A DNA stretch of 63,987 nucleotides, the filler included, from Nemertoderma westbladi (lineage: Eukaryota > Animalia > Xenacoelomorpha), in NCBI GenBank assembly GCA_032718475.1. It is 3 parts of 3 records of this genome, joined end to end, with 100 filler letters (N's around TTAATTAATTAA, not from the genome) between each part and the next. Parts side by side here need not be neighbours in the genome. Positions count along the whole stretch, not along the records: positions 26,682 to 54,835 come from JAUCBJ010007131.1; 2 more parts are not named here. One strand, 5' to 3'. The notes under the pieces are model-generated. The model ran no database searches, had not been told where the DNA came from, and worked only from the letters and a program-made list of their open reading frames with translations. Every line of letters starts with the position of its first letter. Position 1 is the stretch's first letter. The translations under genes were made by a program, and so were the position numbers. Below, piece by piece: positions 38,085-50,297 of the stretch.

Positions 38085-39200
38085 AAGTAGGTAGAAGTTA
38101 GGTAGTAAGAGAGTAGTACCGTTAGTTAGTTAGTTAGGAGTTAGTTAGAAGGTACATAGTACCTAGAGTTAGTCAGTTAGAAGGTACGTAGTACCTAGAG
38201 TTAGTCAGTTAGAAGGTACGTAGTACCTAGAGTTAGTCAGTTAGGAGGTACGTAGTACCGTTAGTGGAGTTAGGAGTAGTAAGAGGGTACGTAGTACCGT
38301 TAGTTAGAGAGTTAGTAAGAATTAGAGGGTACATAGTACCGTTAGTTAGAGAGAGTAAGAGTAAGAGGGTACGTAGTACTGTTAAGAGAGAGTTAGCAGA
38401 GTAGAGTTAGCAGTAGAGGGTTGTGGGCACCGTAAGCGCCACGTGGAAAGTAGTAAGAGAGGGGTTGTGGGCACCATAAGCGCCACGTAGTTAGAGTTAG
38501 TAGGGGATGCGCTGAACTTAGTGGGGCACGGGCGTGATGACGTGATTGATGTAAGAGCAGGGTATGTTAATTAGGGTGGGTGCCGGGCACAAGAGGTGCC
38601 GGGCACAAAAGTTAGTAGTAGAGTTAGTTGAGTTAGTAGAGAGTTAGTAGAGTTAGTTGAGTTAGTAGAGAGTTAGTAGAGTTAGTTGAGTTAGTAGAGA
38701 GTTAGTAGAGTTAGTAAGAGTTAGTAGTAGTTCACATAATTAACGTACCCGCTCTGCCGGCACTCAGAGCGTCACGTGCAGGCGAGTAGACGTAAAGGCA
38801 GTAGAGTTAGAGATAGAGTAGAGTAGTAGAGACGGGCACATAGGGTGCCAGGTAGTAGAGTTAGAGAGTTAGGTAGTAGAGTAGTAGAGAGGGCACATAG
38901 GGTGCCAGATAGTAGAGTGGTCGTGGGCACCGCAAGCGCCACGTGGTTAGAAGAGTGGGTAGAGTTAGGGAGTTCTAGTTAAAGGGCTAGAGAGTTGGTA
39001 GACTTAGAGGAGTCAAGTAGAGTTAGTAGAAGTAGAGAGTTAGTAGGAGTTAGTTAGACTTAGTAGTGCTAGTTAGAGTCGGAGAGTTAGTAGAAAGTTA
39101 GAGGCTCTCAGTTAGAGCTAGAAGTAGTAAGAGTTAGTAGTTAGTAGATAGTTAGATAGTTAGCAAGTAAGTAGTAGGTAGATAGTATGATAGCACAGGG
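38085..39200 (+). repeat. Purine-rich low-complexity filler (GAGTTAGTA-type)
   Basis: Strongly A/G-biased; nested short tandem units such as GTTAGTCAGTTAGAAGGTACGTAGTACCTAGA and GAGTTAGTAGA. Confidence 0.85.
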
Positions 39201-39565
39201 GTAGCATTAGAGGTCAGGGCCTTAGAGAGTGGCAGAGATTAGAGAGGAGATAGTAAGAGGAGCTGTTGCCGAGAGGGAAGAGTGCGACTCAGGTGTGGGG
39301 AGAGGGTAAGAGCGAGTTGAGTCAGAGAGCGGAGTTAGAGTGGTGAGAGTGTTGGGGAAACAAAAATTGTGTGAGAGAAGCACACGATCGGCCCGACACG
39401 AGACGCCAGAGGGTAGTGACATCATACCCATAGGGAGCGGCCTGGAAAGCCGACTCCGAAAAAATAGACCCACCCCACACCCGATAATAGATCGGGATCC
39501 AGCGGAATTGTAGCGCACTTGAGTTGGATGCTATCTTCTCACCGGGAAGATAGCATGGGGGGGAG

Positions 39566-40108
39566 TGTTAGCTTATCCAATTCCGCTAACACAAACCCAT
39601 AGAGTGAGCCATTAAGCAATATTGGGGGCCACGAGGTTGGTTACCCAATCTCGTGTCACCCCAACAAAGTGGGAAGGAGAAACACACAATAGGGGTCAGG
39701 GGCCAAAACCCTAACAGAGAGAGAACAGCAGGAGTGAAGGGAAACACTCCAAAGGGTGCCAACAGGGATATTAGCCAATGGGGGGACAGCATCGACTGGG
39801 TACTGTAACAAGGCCAAACCGTGCAATATATATTACCGGTCGATGCAATCAGTTATTCAGTTTACTCAGTCAGTTCAGTAGGGTGGAGCGGTGACTTCTA
39901 TCACCGTCCGCTACCGCCATCACGTGTAATACTTCTGTACTTATCTACCGGTAACCGTGTCATCCATTCAACTGTGCTATATCGACTATTATACCTTTAT
40001 ACATATTACCGAACATCAGAACTCTTAACGAACATTTTCATATACACGGCGGGGACGCGTAGATAGAAAACCCAAACGGATAAACCAGGATCCGTAGATC
40101 CCGTCACA
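39566..40108 (+). repeat. 3' LTR
   Basis: Copy of 33725-34265 with a handful of substitutions and one small indel. Confidence 0.95.
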
Positions 40109-40736
40109 TTATTTGTACGCATATCCCCTAATGCGCTCAGTAAGGTTCAAACAACATATTAATATGAAAATAAAGTATCTGCAAAGAAAAGAACCCAATA
40201 CTATATAATTTGACCTTATTAAAAAATTTGCACTTTTGCACACTTATTTGTACAAATGCACTTTAGCAGATCGTAATGGTGGCTCTTATTTAACAAACTT
40301 ATGTTTATCCTCTACCGATCTACGATGGTGTATGATCAAGTGTCAGTCGCTAAAAGTGTCAAAAATCCAATTTAATAAATCTGGATTTGCGATTTTGGAC
40401 CATATTCATGGACATTTTAAGTCACTTTATAGACATAAAAAGTTAAACAAATGTTACGATTATAGTTAGAAATCATTCCAAACTACATTTTAATCCAAAA
40501 AATAACATTCTACGATGAATAGAACTGGAAATAACAGTGTTTGAAATATCGAAAAAATGTTCACTATTTAAGTGCATTTTGCACTAAGTGCACATAAGTC
40601 TTTTCCCAAGTTTTATCCTATTTCACACACTACAATCTATCCTCTATCCAATGAAAAAAGTTTCAGATTAAACGGCCCTGTAGAACCGAAGTTATTTATG
40701 TTTAAAAATAGTCACTCGAAAATTTCAAATTCTCTT

Positions 40737-40810
40737 GGTCACATAGTCTAGTGGTTATCAATCACGTTAATGAAACCTAAGTTCGCGGGTTCGAAATCCA
40801 ATATTGACCT
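40737..40810 (+). other. tRNA-derived fragment (A/B boxes)
   Basis: TAGTCTAGTGG ... GGTTCGAAATCC, with GGTCA/TGACC end pairing; not a complete tRNA. Confidence 0.45.
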
Positions 40811-42359
40811 GACCATTCTTAATTTTTTTGCAAAAAAAATTATTTTTATTTTTTCACTAAAATCGCTCTAACTTCGGTTCTGGTGGTCCAAATTCAATAA
40901 AATTGGTATATTCTTTGCCGTAATTTTTTTCTTAATCTTTTGAGAAGGGGTTATTTTTGGCCCCAAAAAAATTAAAAAAAAGGGCCAAAATAACGCGATA
41001 TTTTTCGACCCTTAAAATTCGTAATTTTAATTATATATGTTAAGATAAAAGATAGCGGAGTTAATTTGATACTTTTTACAGGTACTTTTGGCGCAATACG
41101 CTAAATTATAATGGAATAGCGATTTGTTAAAAAAAAAATTTTTCGTCCCTTTTTATAAATATTATATTTCACACGATCGCCTGCCGCTCCAGTTTTATAA
41201 TACCTCCGGCGCTGTGATTAACGCTGTTAGATAGATAATTTAACGCACTATAAGTCTGTGTAAACAAATCTCCCGTAAGTTAAGTAGTTTTCGAGCTAGA
41301 CGATTTCCCGCGAAGCAAGTTTGAAGCGCGAAATTATAATTTTGGCCCTCATTTTTTTAATATCATCCTTGGAGCAAAACCGATAGCATATTTGAATTCC
41401 CCGTATGGATATTGACTGTATAGAATGTACCTTAACCAACTAAAGTTAAAAATAAAAAATTATTCGATAAAAACTACTTTACAAATTCGGGCCCTTTTTG
41501 GCCCCTATTGCCGACATATTTTTTGTACCCCCATTCGATAGGAACGTAGCCCCAATGGTCTTCTACGAGTTTCATAAAAGAATTAGTGGATTCCTACCCG
41601 CGTTGTCGAATTAAACATTTCGGAAATAAGTTTTCCAAAAAAGACGGACAAAAACGTACAAATTTACAGCCCCTTTTTCCACCCGAAATTTTAATAAATA
41701 TCTTACCCCCATTCGATACGAAGGTAGTACCACTCTTCCCCTTTCCAACCGCGTTACTTTTGTTCCCGTACGATTAATATTAGCCGAGTTATAGCGGATC
41801 CCGCAAAGTCATTTTGTCCGTTTTTTCAACTTTGACGGACATTTTCGGAAAAAAGGCGTGGTAATCTTTTTTGAAAAAAAAAACGAATTCACTAATTAAT
41901 CCCTTCTATCGTATCCCGGCGTCGGCTAAGCAATAACCTAGGGTTTTTTCGAGCCACTGTATAGCGCCTTTCAAAAAAATTTTAAAATTGTCGAAAAAAT
42001 GACCGATTTTTGTCCGCCGTGTCCGTCGAAGGGTTAGATTTAATAATGTTAGAGTTGCTAATATCTTAGAATTCCGAGCCGCTCCCCTGGTGAGAAAATA
42101 AAAAAATTTGGTCTGTTCCTTCATCGAAAAGTCCCCCAGAATCCCAAGTTAACCTATATAGTTAGCGATTTGCCCCGCGTGGGGGCGCAGTTTTAAAAAA
42201 AAATATAGTTAGCGATGGCCTGCGGCTTTAGGAGCGGCCGCGGTATTCACCTCCCTCATAGCGGCCGCGGCGGTGTTGCGTCAAATGGAGAAATATTTAT
42301 CCCACCTAGAAATTAATAATTTTACTTCAAATCATACCTCTATCATAGCAGAGGTAACG

Positions 42360-42462
42360 GTAGGTAGATGGGATAGGCCGTTGGTGGGATAGGCGATAGG
42401 CGGTAGGTGGGATAGGCGGTAGGTGGGATAGGCGGTAGGTGGGATAGGCGGTAGGTGGGATA
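42360..42462. repeat. 16-bp minisatellite GCGGTAGGTGGGATAG
   Basis: About 4 perfect and 2 degenerate copies. Confidence 0.85.
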
Positions 42463-42547
42463 ACAGACTCTACTTCGGAAGTGATGTCTACAATAATTTA
42501 CGGTTTCCTTTTTTTTTTATTAAATAATTTTCCACTTCTTTGTTTTT

Positions 42548-43052
42548 TGTGACGGGATCCAGTTTGCTAAGAATCCCTACCGCTGAACTGTTCCTGTGTA
42601 GTTTCTTTACGCGCTAGCGTGGCGGTTGTTTTGGGGTTATTTGGCCGAAGCCCTGGTGGTGAATAACAGTTTACTGGGTTTAGCTAATTCTTAATAACTG
42701 ATACTGACTGCATGCACTATTAACCTACCGTAATAATGCTGCTACTGTACCAGGTCTAGTGGTATTGCTAGTGGTAAGAAACGATGCACATATAGCCAAC
42801 TGAGCTGCCCTCGCAGGGTACAGCTTTTATGTATAACCTACCTAGTGGTAATAGGTAAAAGCAACCAATGAGGCCTCAGAGTCCATACACATGCCCCCCT
42901 CCCATTGGTCCTCCTGTGAATCAAGCCACTTGTCAGTGCCGGGCTCTATTGGCCCTTGGGGTTTGCTGTAAGTGAGCTGGTAAGCTCACTTACAGGCCTG
43001 ATATTTCTTCTGCCCAATATTATTAAATTCCCCCCCCCCCCCCCCCCCCCCC
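42548..43052 (-). mobile_element. Probable remnant 3' LTR + PPT of a related LTR family
   Basis: Minus strand ends GATCCCGTCACA, identical to the end of the 3' LTR at 40097-40108; preceded by a G-run+AA PPT; CCAAT, TATA-like and TCAGTT motifs present. Confidence 0.45.
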
Positions 43053-43406
43053 ATTTGTGATCGGAGCGCATAGTGGATTTAACCCACCTCATTAATTTTT
43101 TTTATGAAACCCGAGAGTGATGTGACCTCTGTAGTGTATATTTTAATTTATTAGTTTTTAATGAAACTATGTATTTATATTTAATTTACAGCGATTCACA
43201 TAAGAGCAACATTGTTGAAGAACTAAAAAGTTTGAACAATCAGAGATTGGCAATCAATGCTGATGAAACGATTGGTGAGTTGCAGGACTGACTTGGGGTT
43301 ATTTATAATTAGCAAGTTATATGTAATTTAAATTCTGTCCATCAAATTTAACCTTTTTGAATATTAACACTAAATTATATATTTTATAACTAATCTTTAC
43401 GCACAT

Positions 43407-43915
43407 CTACAAACTAACGTCGCCCATGTCTTATTGCTAACAGATCAATACGACAAGGAGGTGGGGTGATAATGATTAAATCAATGGACATCAATCACAG
43501 ATTAGGAAACTGACATTGTTCCATAACAGAAACACTTTGATACCCAATAGAGCTAGCAAGTACAGTATTGACAATAAATATGTAGTATTTGAAAACTCAA
43601 AAACTGCAAACAAAAGCAATGCATCGAAATATTGTAATTGTATTCCAAAAGGAAGCCAGTGCTTCCAGGCAGGTGTATTTACCATAATCACTTTCTACTC
43701 TAACAACGCCAATGTAAAGTACAATCAAGCAGATAGCCATCTGAATCCTGTTACACATGTCCTCATGTGTTTACATCGTTTCTGAAGAGATCGAGAAAGT
43801 AGAATAGTAGACCCTAATATGTGCTGATTATTTACATCCTTCATGTAGTTGTTGAAAATAATTACATCTAAAGTATTTCCTAGGGCAAGCAGTACTAGCG
43901 CATTATTGTGCACAC
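43407..43915 (-). pseudogene. Deleted, degenerate paralog of the MFS transporter at 50298-51656
   Basis: Collinear matches CTACAAACTA.CGTCGCCCATGTCT, AATGCATCGAAATATTGTAA, GGAAGCCAGTGC, CTCCAATGTAAA-like, CCATCTGAAT, ATGTAGT.GTTG, TTCCTAGG, separated by deletions. Confidence 0.85.
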
Positions 43916-43948
43916 GCTGTCTTCTTGATTTTTTCTCATCAGTTTCAT

Positions 43949-44541
43949 ACTAGGAAAGCCAGCAAGCTGGCTGGAAGGAGCCCGGGGAAGAGTCAGCCAA
44001 GACTATTACAAATGAACTATGTCAGTGAGCAATAAGAAAACTAAACAATTGTCTAAACTGTAAGGCGTGAGGCTAGCTGACTTTGTGGCTCGTCCCACAT
44101 AATAAAAAATGAAACTTTGCTACAACTAACAAAAATATAATAAATAAATAAATAAATAGCAAATAATTTTATTAAAAGGACGTTTACAAAATATAACAAT
44201 ACCGAATATTTATTTTAAAAAATGCCCATGGTGCACAACAACCAGGTAAATAACAACGAATACAGCCAAATAATAGATTTAGTTTCCTTCTAAAGGTCAG
44301 CTGAATCTCTCTTCCCAGTGAATACTATGGGAATAACTATAAGGTTAATCACTGCTATGTTAGGTGGTAGGCCATCTGATTGAATTATAAGAACAGGGTC
44401 AGGGTCGTTCAAATGTTAGGTTCATAATGACATTTATCAGCTAGGATTAATCTCAGACTGAAAGCAACGCTGTTCAAATTGGAGGGAACTACGTTTGTCT
44501 ATAGGTGGTCTTATTATCGCCAGCTTGCTGGCTTTTCTAGT
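43949..44541. mobile_element. MITE with palindromic 23-bp TIRs
   Basis: ACTAGGAAAGCCAGCAAGCTGGC ... GCCAGCTTGCTGGCTTTTCTAGT (1 mismatch). Confidence 0.75.
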
Positions 44542-44639
44542 TAATTAATAGGGCTGCCTTTGATGTATTCGAATGGGTCCAATAATACTCCTAAAGCCTC
44601 TATGAACTCTCTATATATTCCTTTGCCACAACTGTCAAT

Positions 44640-44912
44640 GAATGTCTCAATACATTAAATTTTGCGACAAAATAATGTCAAAAAAACGAAATATATCGAA
44701 TACCACACATTGAATCGATCTGAAATTTTGTAATGCGATTAGGAACCACCAAAGCAATGGACTTGCAAAGTTTCATAAAAAACGCCAGGCAGGAAGTGCC
44801 TGAACCTGGATTATAATCAGTGAGTGAGTCAGTCAGTCAGTCAGTCAGTCAGTCAGTGTTATATGACCTGGGATTTTTACAGTAAGTATCCCGCTGTCGA
44901 GCGGGCTCCTAA
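44640..44912 (+). mobile_element. Helentron-associated (DINE-1/HINE-like) remnant
   Basis: (CAGT)n microsatellite at 44817-44857 followed by a 3' hairpin CCCGCT-GTCG-AGCGGG; left boundary uncertain. Confidence 0.45.
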
Positions 44913-45399
44913 TAAATAAATATGCATACATACATCCATCGTATTTTGGCCGGCTTCAGGTTTAGACAAAAACTACCAAGTCTAAAGACAGGTTCGTTAT
45001 AAGAAAAAATTTTGGTTGTGAAATAAATGATTCGCGAGAAACAATATTGAATTAGGGGATATATACTGTCAGTGTCTATAAATGTTAGTAACTGAAATTT
45101 ATTGAATTACATTTCAGTATTCAGAAATCATATAAATTTATATTTTAGAATTATTTTAGTTATATATTCCAGTACTATTATAATACATGTCAAGATATAC
45201 AATTAAATTGTAAGGCGCGTATAGAATTAAACCATTATATAAAACTAATATAATAATAATAATAACAATACTAATAATATATATTAAACTAAAGTTACAA
45301 ACAATAAATTGATATGAAAGATACCATATAATGCTCATCTCTCATACGAATAACATTAAAAAAAATACAAAAAATAATCGATAAATGTGCAGTAAAGTG

Positions 45400-45682
45400 A
45401 CTCGCTGCATCGATCGCGATGGTAGATAAACTCACTGCAATGGTGGGAAATGAACTCGCCGCAATGATGGGAGATAAACTCGCTGCCACAACAGGAAATA
45501 AACTAGCTGCAATGGTGGGAGATAAACTCGATGCAATGGTGGGAGATAAACTCGATGCAACTGTGGGAAATAAACTCGCCGCAATGATGGGAGATAAACT
45601 CGCTGCCACAACAGGAAATAAACTAGCTGCAATGGCGGGAAATAAACTCTCCGCAATGACGGGAGATAAACTCACTGCCACG
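45400..45682. repeat. 24-bp minisatellite (~12 copies)
   Basis: GGGAGATAAACTCGCTGCAATGAT-like units with a 120-bp higher-order duplication. Confidence 0.9.
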
Positions 45683-45707
45683 ACGAGGTTTTCTATGGAT
45701 TGAGTCT

Positions 45708-45938
45708 CTATGGACCGTCTCTATGGATTGAGTCGAATGCTTTCTTGAAGTCCACAAAAGTCAGGATAGTGGGGAAATTCTTTGACTGAATTCCCTCAAT
45801 CAGTCTCCGTAGCGCAAGTATCTGAGCTATTGTTGATCTATTTGGTAGAAATACGTTTTTGCTCTTACGCAGCAGTTTCTCTATGTGAGGCCTAATTCTA
45901 TATATAATCATCTTGTTGTATATTTTGGCAGCTACCAC
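45708..45938 (-). pseudogene. RTE-type RT N-terminal fragment
   Basis: AAKIYNKMI..RIRP..EK.LR....F...RST..QILALRRLIE......FVDFKKAFDSIHR. Confidence 0.85.
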
Positions 45939-46011
45939 AAGCAGACATATCCAACAATATATAATGTAAATAGGACAATATGATAATGCTCTCCATAGCG
46001 AAAAATATCAA

Positions 46012-46099
46012 CTGGACCTATTGGGGCTCGAACCCGGTACCTAGGTTTCAAACTTCTGGTTATCATCATCCGGGTGAGTGTACTGAGCTACCAGGCCAG
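46012..46099 (-). mobile_element. tRNA-derived SINE head
   Basis: CTGGCCTGGTAGCTCAGT ... GGTTCGAGCCCC..GGTCCAG; A/B boxes with an over-long spacer. Confidence 0.55.
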
Positions 46100-46219
46100 A
46101 TGAATATTTCGCTACATTGTACAGCTGTTGGGTGCAACCTTCACCCACGTCAAACCTTCACCCGGGGGGGGGGGGGGAAACCTTCTCAAAGACTGATAGC
46201 AACATCTTAAGTTGTTCAC

Positions 46220-48560
46220 TGTCGGACTTTTTTACCCATTCATTCAATGGGACAAATTGCTCTCGATACTGAGGAGACAGAGACCAATTTCCGGTTGCAC
46301 AAATTGCTTTATAGCACTCACCCAAGTCTTCTCAATACAAAACACTGATGTGATTGTAAAGCTGACATAAATTTAAAGAGCGCTTCCCAACAATTTGTTC
46401 CCGAATATGTTTGTTTCTGCCCTCGCTAATTGAAGAATGAATTGTCACAAGCAATGCTAGCATTGATTCTAACAGATTTAATGCAGTATTTATTCTGTTT
46501 TTCAACTTTCTTCTTTCTTAAAAAACCAATCCCAATGAGCATTTAACTCTAATAACAACCATCACTCATTCACATTCCCTACAGCCTGATTCTACTCAAC
46601 AAGATTTCAGATAGAACTAGAGCAAACATAACTCGTAGGATAATGTCCCGTTTCATTGGGTCAACATGAAGCTTATCCATCTTCCCAACACAATTTTCTG
46701 TGATATATGTATAAATAACATAACAAGAACTTAGCATTAAAAAAGCGACTAACACCATCACAAATTGCATTATCATCAACAACTATCGCTATATTCGCAG
46801 CTGATAATGAAGGGAAGGAAATAGCTAAGGTTGAAGAAAAATGTTCAAAAGCCAATGTTGTGGACTTTATATGAACATATACAGGTCCCAAAATACTAGA
46901 ATGTGAGTTTGTCTTCTGATTCAGAAACCACGGAGCTTGTAAACTAAATAAAGTTAACAAAAAATAAGCTCCAATATTGTAGGTTTTGTCAATTTGTAGA
47001 ACAGAACCAGATCGCAAAGATGCAAATTCCATCAATATAACACCGTTTTCATCTGCTAAAACAATGAATAAACCTTGCTGAGTATAACCTGTTGATCTGA
47101 TTACTTTACCTTATCAGTTTGCATCCACATAAGATTGTTCAACATCTCATCCTGAAAGCCTGTAAGACCTCGTTAATTCTTGTCATTAATGAATTTATTT
47201 ATATCGTAAACAATACCATGATTCGGTACCAATGATGATGGGGTGATGATAACTCCACCTACTGGCTCCAGAAGTCGAGGAAATCCTGCCAAGTACCTAA
47301 CTGATCTAGACTTTGCTGATGACTTAGGAGTACTCTCAGAATCATTAGAGGGAGCCCAGCGGCTCCTCAGCTCATTAGAACATGCTGCTTCTAGTGTTGG
47401 TCTTTTTATTAACTCCAGAAAGACCAAAATTCTGACAGTTAACTTTGAAAGTCCTCAGCAAGTCTCTGATCGGATGAGCATAAGCTCAAAGGATGGTATG
47501 CTTGAGCATGTGGACGACTTCTGTTACCTGGGATCATGGATCCGGAAGTCAGGTGAGGACCTTCGAATACGTAAGGGAAAGGCATGGGCAGCCTTGAATA
47601 GGCTTTCCAGGATTTGGAAGTCACCTAGAATTAATCGGAAACTTAAGGTCCGATTATTTAGAGCAGCAGTAGTTCCAGTACTCCTCTACGGGAGTCCATG
47701 CTGGGCTCTAACTGCTGAGGACACTAAATCTCTGGATGGCACATTCACAAGAATGCTACGCCGGGTACATTGTGTCAAGTACAATGCACACATCTCCAAC
47801 CAGACACTATATAACATTGGAGGTGTCTCATTGGTTCCCCCAAGCTTGACACTAGAACAAAATCGCCTCCGCTTTGCAGGACATTGCTTTCGCCGTGAGG
47901 ACCAGCCAGTGCATAATCTTGTACTTTGGCAGCCTCATGGAGTGAATAAGCATGGTGGACAGCCCATGACTTTCTTGAGACGCATCTTAAAGGACACTGG
48001 CCTTAAAGATGCGGATGATCTAGCAAATGTCATGGGTGATAGGGAGTTGTGGCGGCGCAATTTTGTTGACAAGCCGGCACAGCATTCTTAAAAATGCAGC
48101 TGCAATGCAGCATGCCGATCCTAGTAGTAGTATGATTCGGTATCTCATATTGATGGTCCTGATAAATTGTGTTGGGGTTTCTTACGTCTTACCACCCTTT
48201 AATTCTTTATCAATGATGTCTCAGGTAATTTTAGCTCTTCGTTGACGTGGATGAACTAAATGTCCCTTTCAATTTATTGTAGGAATCATTTGTAGCCCGC
48301 TTCCACACTTCTGTCAGTCTCCCCACCCCATTTATAATCCAACACAATGAGATCAGGATCTAAAGTAAACGGAAGGTTGCCAATAGTAAGCGCAACACCC
48401 CAAATTTTCCTTGTGAACAGACTATTGCTTGGATGCTGATAGTAAACTCTGAAAATTTCAATGACACACTCATCAGTCTCGATCTCGACATCTGCAGAAG
48501 TCCCAGTACTGGTAGATCCAGCGCTGCCTGATATAAATTCCATCGTCCAGTTGTTACCCA
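46220..48560 (-). pseudogene. Degenerate MULE-like transposase interrupted by RTE copy 2
   Basis: VLQIDKTYNIG, LGPVYVH, VDD.AI..GV..FF....LLC, RVYYQH....FTRKI, C-terminal KAICATGNWSLSPQY; many stops and frameshifts. Confidence 0.6.
47229..48131 (+). mobile_element. RTE-clade LINE, 5'-truncated copy 2 (longest; includes the FADD motif)
   Basis: ORF 47243-48091 DLDFADDL...FCYLGS; (TAG)n tail; TSD ATGATTCGGTA at 47218-47228 and 48132-48142. Confidence 0.92.
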
Positions 48561-48770
48561 CCTACACATCAAAATAGAGCTGTAGGTGTCACAGTGAAGG
48601 CTTCTCCCTCAAAATTTGACCAGATTTATTTGGATAGTTGACGAGATAGTTGTTTTTGGTGCTGCTCGTCCGAACCCATGGCCATTGGTCTGTCTCTGTG
48701 TCTCTTGAAAAAGACAAATGAAAACAGACCGTACACGGTGATAATTAAGTTAATATTTAATTTACAAGAT

Positions 48771-49520
48771 GGTAATGCTGAAAAATATCGAGACTTGAAA
48801 AATAACGAGAGTAAAAATATCGAGAGTAAAAATATCAAGAGTAAAAATATTGAGTGTTGTAAAATATCGAGAGTAATAATAACGAGTGTTGAAAAATATC
48901 GAGAGTAAAAATGTCGAGTGTTGAAAAATATCGAGAGTAAACATATTTTGCATTTTGCGTGAGCATTTTATTTAGAATTAGGGGACAATATTGCAGTGCA
49001 TGGGTTACAACAGTGCAAGTGCCAATAAATGGCATTAATACACCTTGGGTACACATTTAACAGATTTATTATACTAGCTAGTTTTTGCTATTTTTTTAAT
49101 AAATATCTTAGAAGATGTGCTAGCTATCAATTTTGGTATATAATTTTGTTCTAGAACACATTTTTTAGTTCTAGATCAAATTTAAAATTTTTTATACTAG
49201 CTAGTATTTTCTACTTCTTTTTATATATGTTATAGAACACGTGTAAGCTACAAATGTTGATAAATATTTCAAATTTTTTTGTTCTAGAACATTTTTAGGA
49301 AAAAAATTATCATACAACCCTTATTAAAAAAGTTGTTACTCTCAATGTTTTTACTCTCTATATTTGTACTCTCGATATTTTTAAACACTCGAATATTTTT
49401 ACTCTCGATATTTTTTGAACTCGCGATATTATCGTTATTTTTCAACACTATATATTTTTACTCGCGTTATTTTTACTCTCGATATTTTTTTTTCATGTCT
49501 CGATACTTTTCAATATAACT
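48771..49520. mobile_element. Second, shorter copy of the 13008-14361 foldback element
   Basis: Same termini (GGTAATGCTG.../...CAATATAACT), arm units and spacer; fewer repeats; no TSD. Confidence 0.85.
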
Positions 49521-50297
49521 GCAATTAATATAAATATGTATGAGAAGACAAATTATCAATATACCAATATTTATTATTATTATTATTATTCTAGGCGAGT
49601 GTTTGTGATATCAGTTTTTGATCAGTGCGCAGTTTTTGATGCTATCCAGGACTGCCAGTTTGTGGTAATTGTAAGTCAGAATTTAATTGTTCAGTAGGGA
49701 CAGCGAATAACATTTATTGTAAGTTGATCCAACACTGTAGTATATATATACACTTCGGTCATTCAGAAGCAGGTTGTATTTCATTACATTGTGTTACATA
49801 CATACATACAACTCGTTTGGACATTTATTTACTCGAAGCAGTAAACTTGCTGATGCACGAAATATTTCTATGGAGATGTCATTGCACCGGAATATATCGA
49901 GTACTACCGAGCAATCCTCGCAACTGTTTCCGATAGTGTCTATCAACCAACACAATCGAGTTGAATATCCATTACATAACCGTAGTAAGACTGAATTATA
50001 AACTACAGCAGGAATCGCACAAAGTCTCCACAAGGTTGCAAGATCACTAGTATTTAGAAGCTTTGCATTCCAAACCAGTACGATTGAATGTTTCTTATAT
50101 CATATTTATCGATTTTATACACTAATTCATGATGGACTTGTTACTTCCAAATAACTTAAACCCCAGAAATTTGATTGTTTCTGAAGACGGAATACGGTTA
50201 CCATTGATATTTAGAAAGAAATATATTTCAATATATGGGCTTACCAATCTATTTCAAATAAAATATATTATATTTATATATAAATCATATGCATCTT

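Larger units (their letters stand above)
33725..40108 (+). mobile_element. Full-length non-autonomous BEL/Pao-like LTR retrotransposon (gag-like ORF, no pol)
   Basis: Two near-identical TG...CA LTRs, 5-bp TSD TTATT at 33720-33724 and 40109-40113, PPT GGGGGGGAG 39557-39565; no protease/RT/RNase H/integrase motifs seen. Confidence 0.92.

Noticed and set aside
40120-42190. Possible large non-autonomous DNA transposon (also 30690-31150 and 15640-16095)
   Set aside because: Scattered short inverted motifs, but no convincing termini or TSD.
45295-45703. GDKLAAMV-repeat protein
   Set aside because: 24-bp minisatellite open in several frames with no flanking gene structure.
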